Below, piece by piece: positions 55,366 through 64,000 of a stretch of DNA of 64,000 nt; position 1 is the first letter of the stretch; every line of letters begins with the position of its first letter. The DNA comes from Candidatus Danuiimicrobium aquiferis (GTDB taxonomy: Bacteria; Omnitrophota; Omnitrophia; Omnitrophales; Danuiimicrobiaceae): positions 38,901-102,900 of the forward strand of contig MHFR01000063.1 of the NCBI GenBank assembly GCA_001804285.1. The letters run 5' to 3'. The position numbers were made by a program, and so were the translations under genes. The notes beneath the pieces are model-generated. The model was not told the origin of the DNA. It did not search any database and saw nothing but the letters and a program-made list of their open reading frames with translations.

Positions 55366-57678
55366 GTGATGAATGAGCAGCTGATAAAAAAAATTAAAAT
55401 TCTATTTATCATCGATAAACTCGTGCCGGCGGGAACGCAGAATAATCTGCTGGAAATCGTGAGGCATCTCGACTGGGAAGTGTTTCAAGCTACTGTGGTG
55501 ACGCTCAGCAAAGGCGATCGGATGGTTGATGAGTTTTGTTCTGCGGGTGCCGAAGTGTATGAATGGCCGGTAAAAAGAATTTACATGCCGGAAGGTTGGG
55601 TGACATGGTGGAAACTTCTCCGGCTCATCAAAAAAGAGCGGTTTCAAATTGTCCAAACGCATTTTTTGATTCCGGAACTGCTTGTTTGTTTTGCGCGGAT
55701 ATTTGTCAGGATTCCCAAAGTGATTACGGTCAGACGCGACGAAGGCTTCTGGGTGAGCAAACGACAGAGGATCGTGAGTAATTTATGTCTTAAGTCGTTT
55801 GATTGCGTTTTGGCAAATTCGGAAGCGGTAAAAACGGCATGCCTTCGCAGTGAGCGTTGCCTTCGGCCGATTCACGTGATTTATAACGGCGTTGACATGG
55901 AGAAGTATCAAAGCATTGAAGGCGACCGGAAGCATCTCAGGGAAGAGCTCGGGATTGCCAAAGACAATTTGGTGGCCGGGATTGTTGCGAACATGCGCCA
56001 TGAAATTAAAGGCTATTCTTATTTAATCCACGCAATTCCGGAAGTGATTAAAAAACATCCGAAAGCAAAATTTTTATTTGTCGGAGACGGGGCGTTGCGG
56101 GCTAATTACGAAAAATTAGCGAGTGATTTGGGGGTGAGAGCTCACATTGTGTTTGCCGGTTCGCGGCAGGATGTTTCAAGAATGATTAACGCAATGGATG
56201 TTTGCTGCTTAACGTCTCTGACTGAAGGGTTTTCCAATTCAATCCTCGAATACATGGCCATGTCGAAACCGGTCATCGCGACGAATGTCGGCGGTAATTC
56301 TGAAATCGTTGAAGACGGGAAAACCGGATTTTTAATTCCGGCGGGAGATTTTCACGCGCTTGCCGAGAAAATGATCATATTGTTAGGGGAACATAAAATG
56401 TGCCGGGACATGGGACGCGAAGGGCGCGCAAGGATTGAACGTCAGTTCTCATTGCAGAGAATGACCAATGATTATATGAATTTTTATGAGAATATCGTGA
56501 ATCCCGGCGCGGGAAAACGGTGGCCGAGTAGTAAAATCAGAATTCTATATGTCATCTGGTCGCTCGACCTCGGCGGAGCGGAGCAAGTCGTGATGAATTT
56601 GGTAAGACACATTGATCGCGCCAAGTTTGAACCGGTTGTGTGTTGCCTGAATCAAAAAGGCCGTTACGGCGCCGATATCGAACAAAGCGGGACTAAAGTT
56701 ATCGAATTAAATAAGTTGCCCAAACTGGACCCGTTTATTATTTCAAAACTCATGCGCGTGATGAAAGAGGAGAAGATTGATTTAGTGCACACGCATCTGT
56801 TTACATCTAATTTATGGGGACGGCTGGCGGCTTTTTTTGCCGGTGTTCCTGTGGTGTCGACGGAACACAATATGGATTCGTGGAAGCGGTTTTATCACTG
56901 GTGGGTGGATTCGATTCTTGTCAGAGTGACCCGGAAAATGATTTTTGTTTCGGAACAAGTGCGAAACTATTATGAACAGAAATTGGGGGCGCTGAAGGAC
57001 AAATCCGCGGTTCTTTATAATGGAATTAACATAAACCAGTTTGCCGCCAAGGTAGACCGTGCAGACATTTTACGCGAGTTTGGGATTGCCAAGGATGCTA
57101 ACGTCATCGGAATTGTGGGAAGGTTGGTTCCTCAGAAGGGCCATGGAGTATTTATTGAAATGATTTTTAATTTGAGGCAAAAAGGTGTCAATGCGGTTGG
57201 CCTTATCATCGGAGATGGCGAGTTGCGGAAAGAATTGGAAAAAATGCGAGACGATTTAAAGCTAAAGGATTTTATTTTGTTTACGGGATTCCGTAAAGAC
57301 ATAGACCGGTTATATGTCGCGATGGATGTGCTCGTGATGACGTCCACACGGGAAGGTTTTCCGATGACGCTCCTCGAAGCGATGGCTGCGGGCGTTCCGG
57401 TGGTGGCTGCGGATGTCGGCGGTGTGAAGGAGTGTGTGACAAACGGAGAAAACGGGTTTCTCATTGATTCGGCGATTGCGCAGGATTATGCCGACCGTGT
57501 GGCTGAATTGATTGATCGTATTGAGTTGCGCCTGAAATTTATTGAGAGCGGGAAGAGGAGAGTGGAACGGGAGTTTTCAGTTTCGAATATGGCGGCGAAC
57601 CACGAAGCGTTATATTCCACGCTGGTGCGGGGGGCTAAGTTGGCCCTGCGCAGACTTGACAATTGTATCAACAAGTAA
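55366..57678 (+). CDS. Tandem GT4-GT4 glycosyltransferase fusion
   Basis: Two GT4 units: ILFIID..AGT / EGFSNSILEYM and ILYVIW..GGAE / EGFPMTLLEAM. Confidence 0.9.
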   Translation: MMNEQLIKKIKILFIIDKLVPAGTQNNLLEIVRHLDWEVFQATVVTLSKGDRMVDEFCSAGAEVYEWPVKRIYMPEGWVTWWKLLRLIKKERFQIVQTHFLIPELLVCFARIFVRIPKVITVRRDEGFWVSKRQRIVSNLCLKSFDCVLANSEAVKTACLRSERCLRPIHVIYNGVDMEKYQSIEGDRKHLREELGIAKDNLVAGIVANMRHEIKGYSYLIHAIPEVIKKHPKAKFLFVGDGALRANYEKLASDLGVRAHIVFAGSRQDVSRMINAMDVCCLTSLTEGFSNSILEYMAMSKPVIATNVGGNSEIVEDGKTGFLIPAGDFHALAEKMIILLGEHKMCRDMGREGRARIERQFSLQRMTNDYMNFYENIVNPGAGKRWPSSKIRILYVIWSLDLGGAEQVVMNLVRHIDRAKFEPVVCCLNQKGRYGADIEQSGTKVIELNKLPKLDPFIISKLMRVMKEEKIDLVHTHLFTSNLWGRLAAFFAGVPVVSTEHNMDSWKRFYHWWVDSILVRVTRKMIFVSEQVRNYYEQKLGALKDKSAVLYNGININQFAAKVDRADILREFGIAKDANVIGIVGRLVPQKGHGVFIEMIFNLRQKGVNAVGLIIGDGELRKELEKMRDDLKLKDFILFTGFRKDIDRLYVAMDVLVMTSTREGFPMTLLEAMAAGVPVVAADVGGVKECVTNGENGFLIDSAIAQDYADRVAELIDRIELRLKFIESGKRRVEREFSVSNMAANHEALYSTLVRGAKLALRRLDNCINK

Positions 57679-57786
57679 TACGTTTGTATCACTTATTGAT
57701 ACAATGAAAAAATGGTCCAGAAAGTTGCTTGACTTGCGTTCGGTGAATTTTGTGGTGTAATAATTACAACTTTTTGACAATGAATA

Positions 57787-57853
57787 GTCATCCCCGACTG
57801 TTTTTATCGGGGATCCATTTTTTGGATTCCCGCTTAAAACTTGCGGGAATGAC
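57787..57853. repeat. GTCAT-type palindromic element
   Basis: gtcatccccga...tcggggatcc...ggattcccgc...gcgggaatgac. Confidence 0.85.
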
Positions 57854-57897
57854 AGAAAAGAGCGGAACCCAAGTTGCTTGAGTTAAAGGTGATTCAT

Positions 57898-58416
57898 ATG
57901 TGGCAATTAATCAGAGCGGATTTTTTGGCGGAGTACGATGAGTCCGGATATCAAGGACGGTTCCGGAAAACATTTCACGCGATGACATCGCCGGGTTTCC
58001 AAGCGATTTTCTTATACCGAATCAGCCATCAGCTTGGCAAACTGCGAATTCCGATGATCGGAATGATGCTGCAGCGGATTGCGGAAGTTTGGACTGGGAT
58101 TTCAATATCTCCGAAAGCCAGCATTGGGCCGGGTTTGATCATTTACCATTTCGGAGGCGTGATCATTAACGGGAATGCCGAAATCGGGCGGGATTGCAGG
58201 ATCCACCATGAGGTGACAATCGGAAACCGGCAACCCGGCGGGCCGTCGCCGAAATTGGGCGACCGGGTGATGATCGGTGCCGGCGCAAAATTATTGGGTG
58301 ATATTACAATCGGAAACGATGCGGAAATCGGCGCGAATGCCGTCGTTTTGAATTCTGTTCCGGAAAAAGCGATTGCGGTCGGTGTTCCGGCGCGGGTTGT
58401 AAGAACTAAGGAGTAG
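57898..58416 (+). CDS. Serine O-acetyltransferase-like hexapeptide acetyltransferase
   Basis: IGPGLIIYH, VTIG, IGAGAKLLG, IGANAVVL, VGVPAR; probably a polysaccharide acetyltransferase given its context. Confidence 0.85.
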   Translation: MWQLIRADFLAEYDESGYQGRFRKTFHAMTSPGFQAIFLYRISHQLGKLRIPMIGMMLQRIAEVWTGISISPKASIGPGLIIYHFGGVIINGNAEIGRDCRIHHEVTIGNRQPGGPSPKLGDRVMIGAGAKLLGDITIGNDAEIGANAVVLNSVPEKAIAVGVPARVVRTKE

Positions 58417-58450
58417 AGGAATAAAGGATAACGGTTTGTGTGTCAGTCGT

Positions 58451-58624
58451 GTCATTCCCGCACGCTTTAGGCGGGAATCTACAAGCGGCTGGATCCCCGA
58501 TAAAAACATTCGGGGATGACAGACTTTATTAGTGTCATTGCGAGGCAGTGAACTATGCAGAGCCGAAGCAATCTCGGAAACATGGATTGCTTCGCCAGCC
58601 AATGGCTCAACGGCTCGCAATGAC
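58451..58624. repeat. Adjacent GTCATTCCCG (58451-58520) and GTCATTGCGAG (58534-58624) palindromic elements
   Basis: Same two families paired as at 1673/1823. Confidence 0.85.
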
Positions 58625-58641
58625 GAAGCAAGAGGCAAATT

Positions 58642-61600
58642 ATGGATGAATTAAATGAAATTAAGAAAAGATTTTCGGAGATTTTCGAAATTCTAAAAAA
58701 TCTTATTAAGAAGGTATATTCCGGGATCAAGGCATCGTTTGAGCGCCGTATTCCAAATCCGAAAATTAGAATGGCGCTAATCCTGATAACGGCGTGCTTC
58801 GCGTTATTTTTCGTCGGTGGTTCGATAGCGGCCTTGAAGCAGCTGTCAGGAACGGGCAATCTTAAAGATGCGTCGATCATCAGGGCTCTCTTTGCGCCGA
58901 CCATACCGGTGCCCGGAAAACAAAAAGACGGAAGTTTTGTGATCGCAGATTTTGAAAGTGAAAAGGGGTTAAAGGCACTGGAGTTGATCGATGCGAAATT
59001 AGAGCTTTCCTCTCAGCATATTTCGCGTGGTGCGAAGTCTGCCAAAATAACCATGTATGGTGGGAAAGAAGTGTCAGGGCTCAGGATTCAACATTATTTC
59101 ACAAGCCGTAAGGCTCAATCTAACTGGACGAATTATGATGCTTTCAATTTTTATATTTTTAATTCTCGGAATGAGTCTGAGCGCTTGATTCTTCAAGTCA
59201 AAGACGAACGCGAGAATCGATATAAGCAGGACATTTGGATTCCCGGAAATAACGGAATGGATTTTTCAATACCCATACAACGGATGGCCGGGACCATTAA
59301 TGTTCGTGCGATTGATCAAATTTCATTTTTCCGCTGGGAGCCGCGGCTTGATTTGGATTTTTTTATGGATGATATCCGGTTGGTTCCGAAAGGATTGGTT
59401 GAGGTACAAAAAACACCAAAACAAATGGAAATCATAGTCAAACCGCGGCCGGTCAAGATGCTGGATTATGGATTTAAAAACCGCAAGCCGGTTTGGATGG
59501 CTGCTGATCCGCGTGATCCGGCTAATGGATTCGTGCGGATTCCGTTTATTGTTAAAAATGAAACGGACGGTTTCTGTAAATTATGCCCGGCAGAGGGCGG
59601 AATTCCTTTTCCGATGGGAGAACTCAAAACATCTGATGAAATTAGAATGAGAAATGCGAAGGGTGAAGAAATTCCTTTTCAGCCCCGCGCGTTAGGCAAA
59701 TGGCCGGACGGGTCGATTCAATGGCTTGGAATTCATTTTGAAACAACGCTGGCACCACTTTACGGCAATGGATATTTTATGGAATACGGTCCGACTGTGA
59801 AGCGGGTCGCGCCGGAGGGTAAACTAAAGATAGAAGAAACCGACGATCAAATGGTAATCAATACCGGGGTGATGCAGGCGATTCTTAGTAAAAAAGAGTT
59901 TTATCTTTTCAAAGACGTGATCATCGATATGAATCGAAACGAAACATTTGATGCTGACGAGCACATTGTGAGCGATGCCGCGCTGACACTCGATTTTCGT
60001 GGTGAAGAATATCGAACAAACCTTGATCAACAGACTTATAAAATTGAAATTGAAGAAAAAGGGACTCAACGTGCGGTGGTGAAAGCTTCCGGATGGTTTC
60101 AGTCTGAGAAAGGGAACCGCTATTGCCAGGCAATCGTTCGGTATTATTTTTACCAGGGGAAAAGTTATGTCAAGGTCAGCCACACGCTGATTTATACGGG
60201 TTATCCCTCGAATACTTATTATGAAAAGTATAAGGGGCTGAAACTTCCTGAAAATGAAACGATTCAGAGTTTTGGAATTAAAATTCCTCTTCAGTTAAAT
60301 GAGGTTGGATCAAAAGTTTTGTTGGCGCAAGAGAAAACCGGTATTCAAGAGATTTTAAAACAAGGCGAGATCAAGCTCTACCAAGCCCTTTGGGACGCGG
60401 GAGAACTTGTGCGGGGAGAGAAAGTACCGGAACGCGCAGAAGCATACCAAGGGTTCGTGGATGTTTCGGATGATCTGAAAGGGGTGACCGTCGCTATCCG
60501 TAATTTCCGCGAAAACTTTCCGAAAGCATTTAGAGCCGGAAAAGATTTCCTCGAAGTTGATTTGTGGCCGAAGGAATCCGGAGACCTTGATCTTTCCACG
60601 ACGAGCAATGCCATTGGGCCTGAAGACGTGGCGCGCGGTAATGCATTCGGGCTCGCCAAAACACACGAATTGCTTTTTAACTTCCATGATGTGACAACGT
60701 TGAAAGAAGAAGTCGTTAACATTGCGAAATCGTTTATGAAACCTTTGCTCATACGCACAAATCCGTATTGGGTAGATGCAACCGGGGCATTAGGCAGATT
60801 ATTTCCAGCGGCGCCTCAGTATGCGACGGAAGAAAAAATGCTTGAGAAATTGTTTGATTGGGCGGCGCGGCAGCAGAGAGATTTTAAATGGTACGGAATG
60901 CTCAATTTTGGTGACACGCTTTCCTGGTGGCGGAATGAAGATGAAGAACAATGGTACGGTGATTACGGATGGCATCCCATCGGCCGCTGGGGCTGGTATA
61001 ACTGTGAAGGTGTCGGGACCCACATGGGCGCGCTGCTTCAGTTCGCGCGGACGGGAAACTGGAAATATTTTGAGTTTGGCAGAAATTCGGCGCGGCACAT
61101 TATGGATGTTGATACGGTTCATTTCAATACCGTTGCGAATGACGATCGCCTGAAAAATATTTTGGATGAAGAAGTTTCGCAAGTCGGATCGATGCACCGC
61201 CACAGCGGAGATCATTGGAGCGGCCGGAATGAGGAATCAAGCCATACGCATGTTTCGGGGATTCTTCTTTATTATTATTTGACCGGTGATGAAAGAGCGT
61301 TTGATGTTGCGAAGGAAGTCGGCGAATTTTTTCTGAAAGAACCGTTTACTTATACGGGGCATGCGGATGTGGCACCGCACCGGGCCATGGCGAATGCGCT
61401 TTGGGGCGATGTATTGCTTTATCATGCAACGGGAGACGAGCGTTTTAAGAAAACTGCCGATCGAATTATTGAAATTTATTTAAAAGGGCAGCAATCGGAC
61501 GGCAGTATTCTCGAGAATTACAATCCTCTCGATCAAACGTGGTCGGGCGAAAAACACCGGCTTTATATGGATAGTTATGCGGTCGGTGCTTTTATGGCTT

Positions 61601-61908
61601 ATCACGAATTAACGCAGGACGAGGAAGTGAAACAAATGTTTCTCAAAATGATCAAGTTTTTAGATGTTGATCCTGCAGCCCTCAACGGAATCGCGTATGC
61701 GTATTTTATTTCCGGGGATCAAACCTTTCTGGAAATGTTGAATAAGAGCATGAATGAATTGCTTGCCAATAAACAGGAATCGAGTGATTCGTTGATGGAT
61801 GGCATGATTTATAAAAAACAGATTTATCATCGGCCCAATACGTACCTTTTCAGTGCGCCTTATGCGTTTGAAGCGCTTGAGGCGGGCCATGAAGCCATTA
61901 ATTCGTAA
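58642..61908 (+). CDS. Large membrane-anchored carbohydrate-active protein (CBM-like + YetA/PL26 exo-rhamnogalacturonan-lyase-like)
   Basis: N-terminal TM; ADFE..NWTNYD..DDIRL CBM-like unit; GIPFPMG..WPDGSIQW; YGMLNFGD..WYNCE..HIMDVD. Confidence 0.55.
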   Translation: MDELNEIKKRFSEIFEILKNLIKKVYSGIKASFERRIPNPKIRMALILITACFALFFVGGSIAALKQLSGTGNLKDASIIRALFAPTIPVPGKQKDGSFVIADFESEKGLKALELIDAKLELSSQHISRGAKSAKITMYGGKEVSGLRIQHYFTSRKAQSNWTNYDAFNFYIFNSRNESERLILQVKDERENRYKQDIWIPGNNGMDFSIPIQRMAGTINVRAIDQISFFRWEPRLDLDFFMDDIRLVPKGLVEVQKTPKQMEIIVKPRPVKMLDYGFKNRKPVWMAADPRDPANGFVRIPFIVKNETDGFCKLCPAEGGIPFPMGELKTSDEIRMRNAKGEEIPFQPRALGKWPDGSIQWLGIHFETTLAPLYGNGYFMEYGPTVKRVAPEGKLKIEETDDQMVINTGVMQAILSKKEFYLFKDVIIDMNRNETFDADEHIVSDAALTLDFRGEEYRTNLDQQTYKIEIEEKGTQRAVVKASGWFQSEKGNRYCQAIVRYYFYQGKSYVKVSHTLIYTGYPSNTYYEKYKGLKLPENETIQSFGIKIPLQLNEVGSKVLLAQEKTGIQEILKQGEIKLYQALWDAGELVRGEKVPERAEAYQGFVDVSDDLKGVTVAIRNFRENFPKAFRAGKDFLEVDLWPKESGDLDLSTTSNAIGPEDVARGNAFGLAKTHELLFNFHDVTTLKEEVVNIAKSFMKPLLIRTNPYWVDATGALGRLFPAAPQYATEEKMLEKLFDWAARQQRDFKWYGMLNFGDTLSWWRNEDEEQWYGDYGWHPIGRWGWYNCEGVGTHMGALLQFARTGNWKYFEFGRNSARHIMDVDTVHFNTVANDDRLKNILDEEVSQVGSMHRHSGDHWSGRNEESSHTHVSGILLYYYLTGDERAFDVAKEVGEFFLKEPFTYTGHADVAPHRAMANALWGDVLLYHATGDERFKKTADRIIEIYLKGQQSDGSILENYNPLDQTWSGEKHRLYMDSYAVGAFMAYHELTQDEEVKQMFLKMIKFLDVDPAALNGIAYAYFISGDQTFLEMLNKSMNELLANKQESSDSLMDGMIYKKQIYHRPNTYLFSAPYAFEALEAGHEAINS

Positions 61909-61926
61909 TCATAAGGACGCAATTTT

Positions 61927-62033
61927 GTCATTCCCGAAATCTTTCCCTTGGGACTGAAAGGGCCGGCCCGTTTCCCCTCGGGTGTCGGGAATCTGTGAAC
62001 AATGGATTCCCGCCAAAGACATGCGGGAATGAC
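61927..62033. repeat. GTCAT element with a nested CCCT..AGGG module
   Basis: Insert 61945-61982 is related to 24058-24095. Confidence 0.75.
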
Positions 62034-62049
62034 AGAGGATGGGAGAAGA

Positions 62050-62955
62050 ATGGAAAATTGTGTTTTGTGTCCGGTATCAAAAATTGAAGTGATGATCCCG
62101 GCGTCTGTGCTGCCGGACCGAGTGAATGTACTGCGATGTGCGAACTGCGGGCTTGTGTACCTTGATTCGCGGGGAAGCGGAAGCCGTACCGATGCCGAAG
62201 AAGCGGTTTATTGGGACAAGGATGAACAAAAGGAAATTTATTTGGATGATTCCGTTAAAGAGCTTTTTGCGACTGAATTTAAGCGGCATCTTGAGGCGTT
62301 GAGATGTTTTCTGCCAAACAAGGGAAAATTACTCGATGTCGGTTGCGGGGTCGGACATTTCCTTGATGTGGCTCAAAAACAAGGGTGGAAGGCAGAAGGG
62401 TTAGATATTTCTGATGCCGCATCGAAAATTGCGCGGGAAACATATGGACTGGATGTTCATGTCGGCACGCTTGACGGGATTCAGTTTCAACATGCCAATT
62501 ACGATGCCATGACATTGTGGGACGTGATCGAGCACATCAAACAGCCGGTTGAAAATATGGCTGCCGCGAACCGGTTGCTTCGAAAAGGCGGTATCCTGGT
62601 TATGAAAACGCCGAATGAAAGAAGTTTTTTTAAATCAGTAGCTCGTGGGCTCTACCGGGTTTTTGGCCAGCGAGCCGTATTTTTACTGAAATACGTTTAT
62701 TATGTTCCGCATTATTTCTCTTATTCAAGAAAGACGATGGAAATGTTGCTTATTCGGGCCGGTTTTGAAATGGTTCGCTACGAAGAAGATACGACGCCGC
62801 GTGATTTTGCTGCCGGGAAAATTAATATCCATTACAAAAAGGATCCGAAACGGAATTTTGTGATTATGGTTCTTCCGGTAATGAGTTTCTTGAGCAAGCT
62901 ATTCAGAAGAGAGAATAAAATGATTGTGTATGCAAGAAAAGTGAGAGAGGTATGA
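62050..62955 (+). CDS. Class I SAM-dependent methyltransferase with an N-terminal Cys motif
   Basis: CVLC..CANCGL, LLDVGCGVG, WDVIEHI; start moved to ATG 62050, outside the repeat. Confidence 0.85.
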   Translation: MENCVLCPVSKIEVMIPASVLPDRVNVLRCANCGLVYLDSRGSGSRTDAEEAVYWDKDEQKEIYLDDSVKELFATEFKRHLEALRCFLPNKGKLLDVGCGVGHFLDVAQKQGWKAEGLDISDAASKIARETYGLDVHVGTLDGIQFQHANYDAMTLWDVIEHIKQPVENMAAANRLLRKGGILVMKTPNERSFFKSVARGLYRVFGQRAVFLLKYVYYVPHYFSYSRKTMEMLLIRAGFEMVRYEEDTTPRDFAAGKINIHYKKDPKRNFVIMVLPVMSFLSKLFRRENKMIVYARKVREV

Positions 62956-62978
62956 GTAAGGGACATCTGACCAAACCC

Positions 62979-63070
62979 GTCATCCCCGCATGCATTCCCT
63001 CGGTACAGCGAGGGACGGCCCTGTATTTCCAGGGAAGCGGGGATCGGATTCCCGCTTTCGCGGGAATGAC
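62979..63070. repeat. GTCAT element with a nested 38-bp module (62997-63034)
   Basis: ccctcggtacagcgagggacggccctgtatttccaggg is near-identical to 24058-24095. Confidence 0.8.
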
Positions 63071-63128
63071 AAAAAGCGTTACCAATATTACTGAGTATTA
63101 ATAACTGACTTATTCAAGGTGAAAACTC

Positions 63129-64000
63129 ATGACCGCTTTTGTGATGATGAAATATTCGTTCATTGCTTTAGCCATCGCCGGGTTTCTGGTTGTGCTGGGC
63201 TCTTTGTTAATCAAAGGCCGGCTGAATACAATTGCAAAACTATTCGTTGCGGCCATTGTGATTTTCGTCATTTTTTTAGCAGACATTTTTTTTCTCGAGC
63301 CTAATTGGATTGAGATTAACCACGTTCATGTAAGTGATAAAAAACTTGCAAGTGTCGTTGGGGATACAAAAATTGTGCAAATCAGTGATATCCATTTAAC
63401 GAAGGGGATAGGCTATCGCGAAAAAGAAATGATTAGAAAAGTGAATTCAGTTAAACCGGATATCATCGTGATCACAGGCGATTTGATCGATGATTTGTCT
63501 CAGGTTGAGCCCGCGAAGCAACTCATTCGTGAACTTCATGCGACGATTGCTATTCTGGGCGTTCCCGGTAATACGGATCATATTGTGATGGATGCGCCGG
63601 CCATGCAACGGGCATTTGCCGATTCGGGGATGGATTTATTGGTGAATGAGAACCGGAAAATTCATTTGAAGAACGGAAAAATTTTATGGATTCTGGGCGC
63701 GGATAATATGGCGTTTGGTGATGCGAGCGTTGATATGGCAATGGCGGAAGCTTCGGACTATATGCCGAAAATATTGTTAGCGCATTCTCCCCAAATTTTT
63801 AATAAGGCCGTCGAGAAGCGGATCAATTTAGCGTTAGTTGGCCATACGCATGGCGCACAAGTAGGAATTCCATTTCTTGTCCATTTATCAGCATACGCTA
63901 ATCGAACTCCTTATGTTAAAGGTTTGTTTCATAAAGATCGTACGTATATGTATGTAAACAAGGGAATCGGGATGAAGACGCTTTACATCCGGTTTTTGTG
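63129..64000 (+). CDS. Membrane-anchored metallophosphoesterase (YkuE-like), runs off the window end
   Basis: Manual translation gives QISDIH, ITGDLID, VPGNTD, LAHSP and GHTHG; absent from the ORF track because it has no stop in the window. Confidence 0.85.
   Translation, partial: MTAFVMMKYSFIALAIAGFLVVLGSLLIKGRLNTIAKLFVAAIVIFVIFLADIFFLEPNWIEINHVHVSDKKLASVVGDTKIVQISDIHLTKGIGYREKEMIRKVNSVKPDIIVITGDLIDDLSQVEPAKQLIRELHATIAILGVPGNTDHIVMDAPAMQRAFADSGMDLLVNENRKIHLKNGKILWILGADNMAFGDASVDMAMAEASDYMPKILLAHSPQIFNKAVEKRINLALVGHTHGAQVGIPFLVHLSAYANRTPYVKGLFHKDRTYMYVNKGIGMKTLYIRFL

Noticed and set aside
59468-61890. Numerous antisense and alternate-frame ORFs here and within other long genes
   Set aside because: Shadow ORFs of well-supported genes, with no motifs

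Overview
Bacterial chromosome segment, almost all genes on the + strand. It is probably from the PVC superphylum (a TIGR04137-like small basic signature protein at 12302); Omnitrophota is a guess from gene content only. In order it holds: hemE-hemG(Y)-hemH; an inverted orphan wzm/wzt pair with a GT2 remnant; a housekeeping block (M16 peptidase, rpe, lepA, lepB, SPOR and PilZ proteins, yajQ, yjbQ); a lipid-scavenging block (glpK, cNMP-patatin, thiolase remnant, acyl-CoA ligase, lysophospholipase); tRNA-Ala(CGC) with an ~8 kb integrase-less island; and a ~29 kb Wzy-type polysaccharide locus interrupted by two tandem wHTH-MNT/HEPN modules. The island has a 50-bp att duplication and carries a membrane/HAMP-fused OtsA, OtsB and TreS, plus two copies of a riboswitch-like motif each overlapping a terminator. 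Intergenic DNA is rich in several palindromic repeat families that insert into one another, and one degenerate copy sits in-frame inside hemG. All family assignments come from motifs read by eye; no database searches were run.
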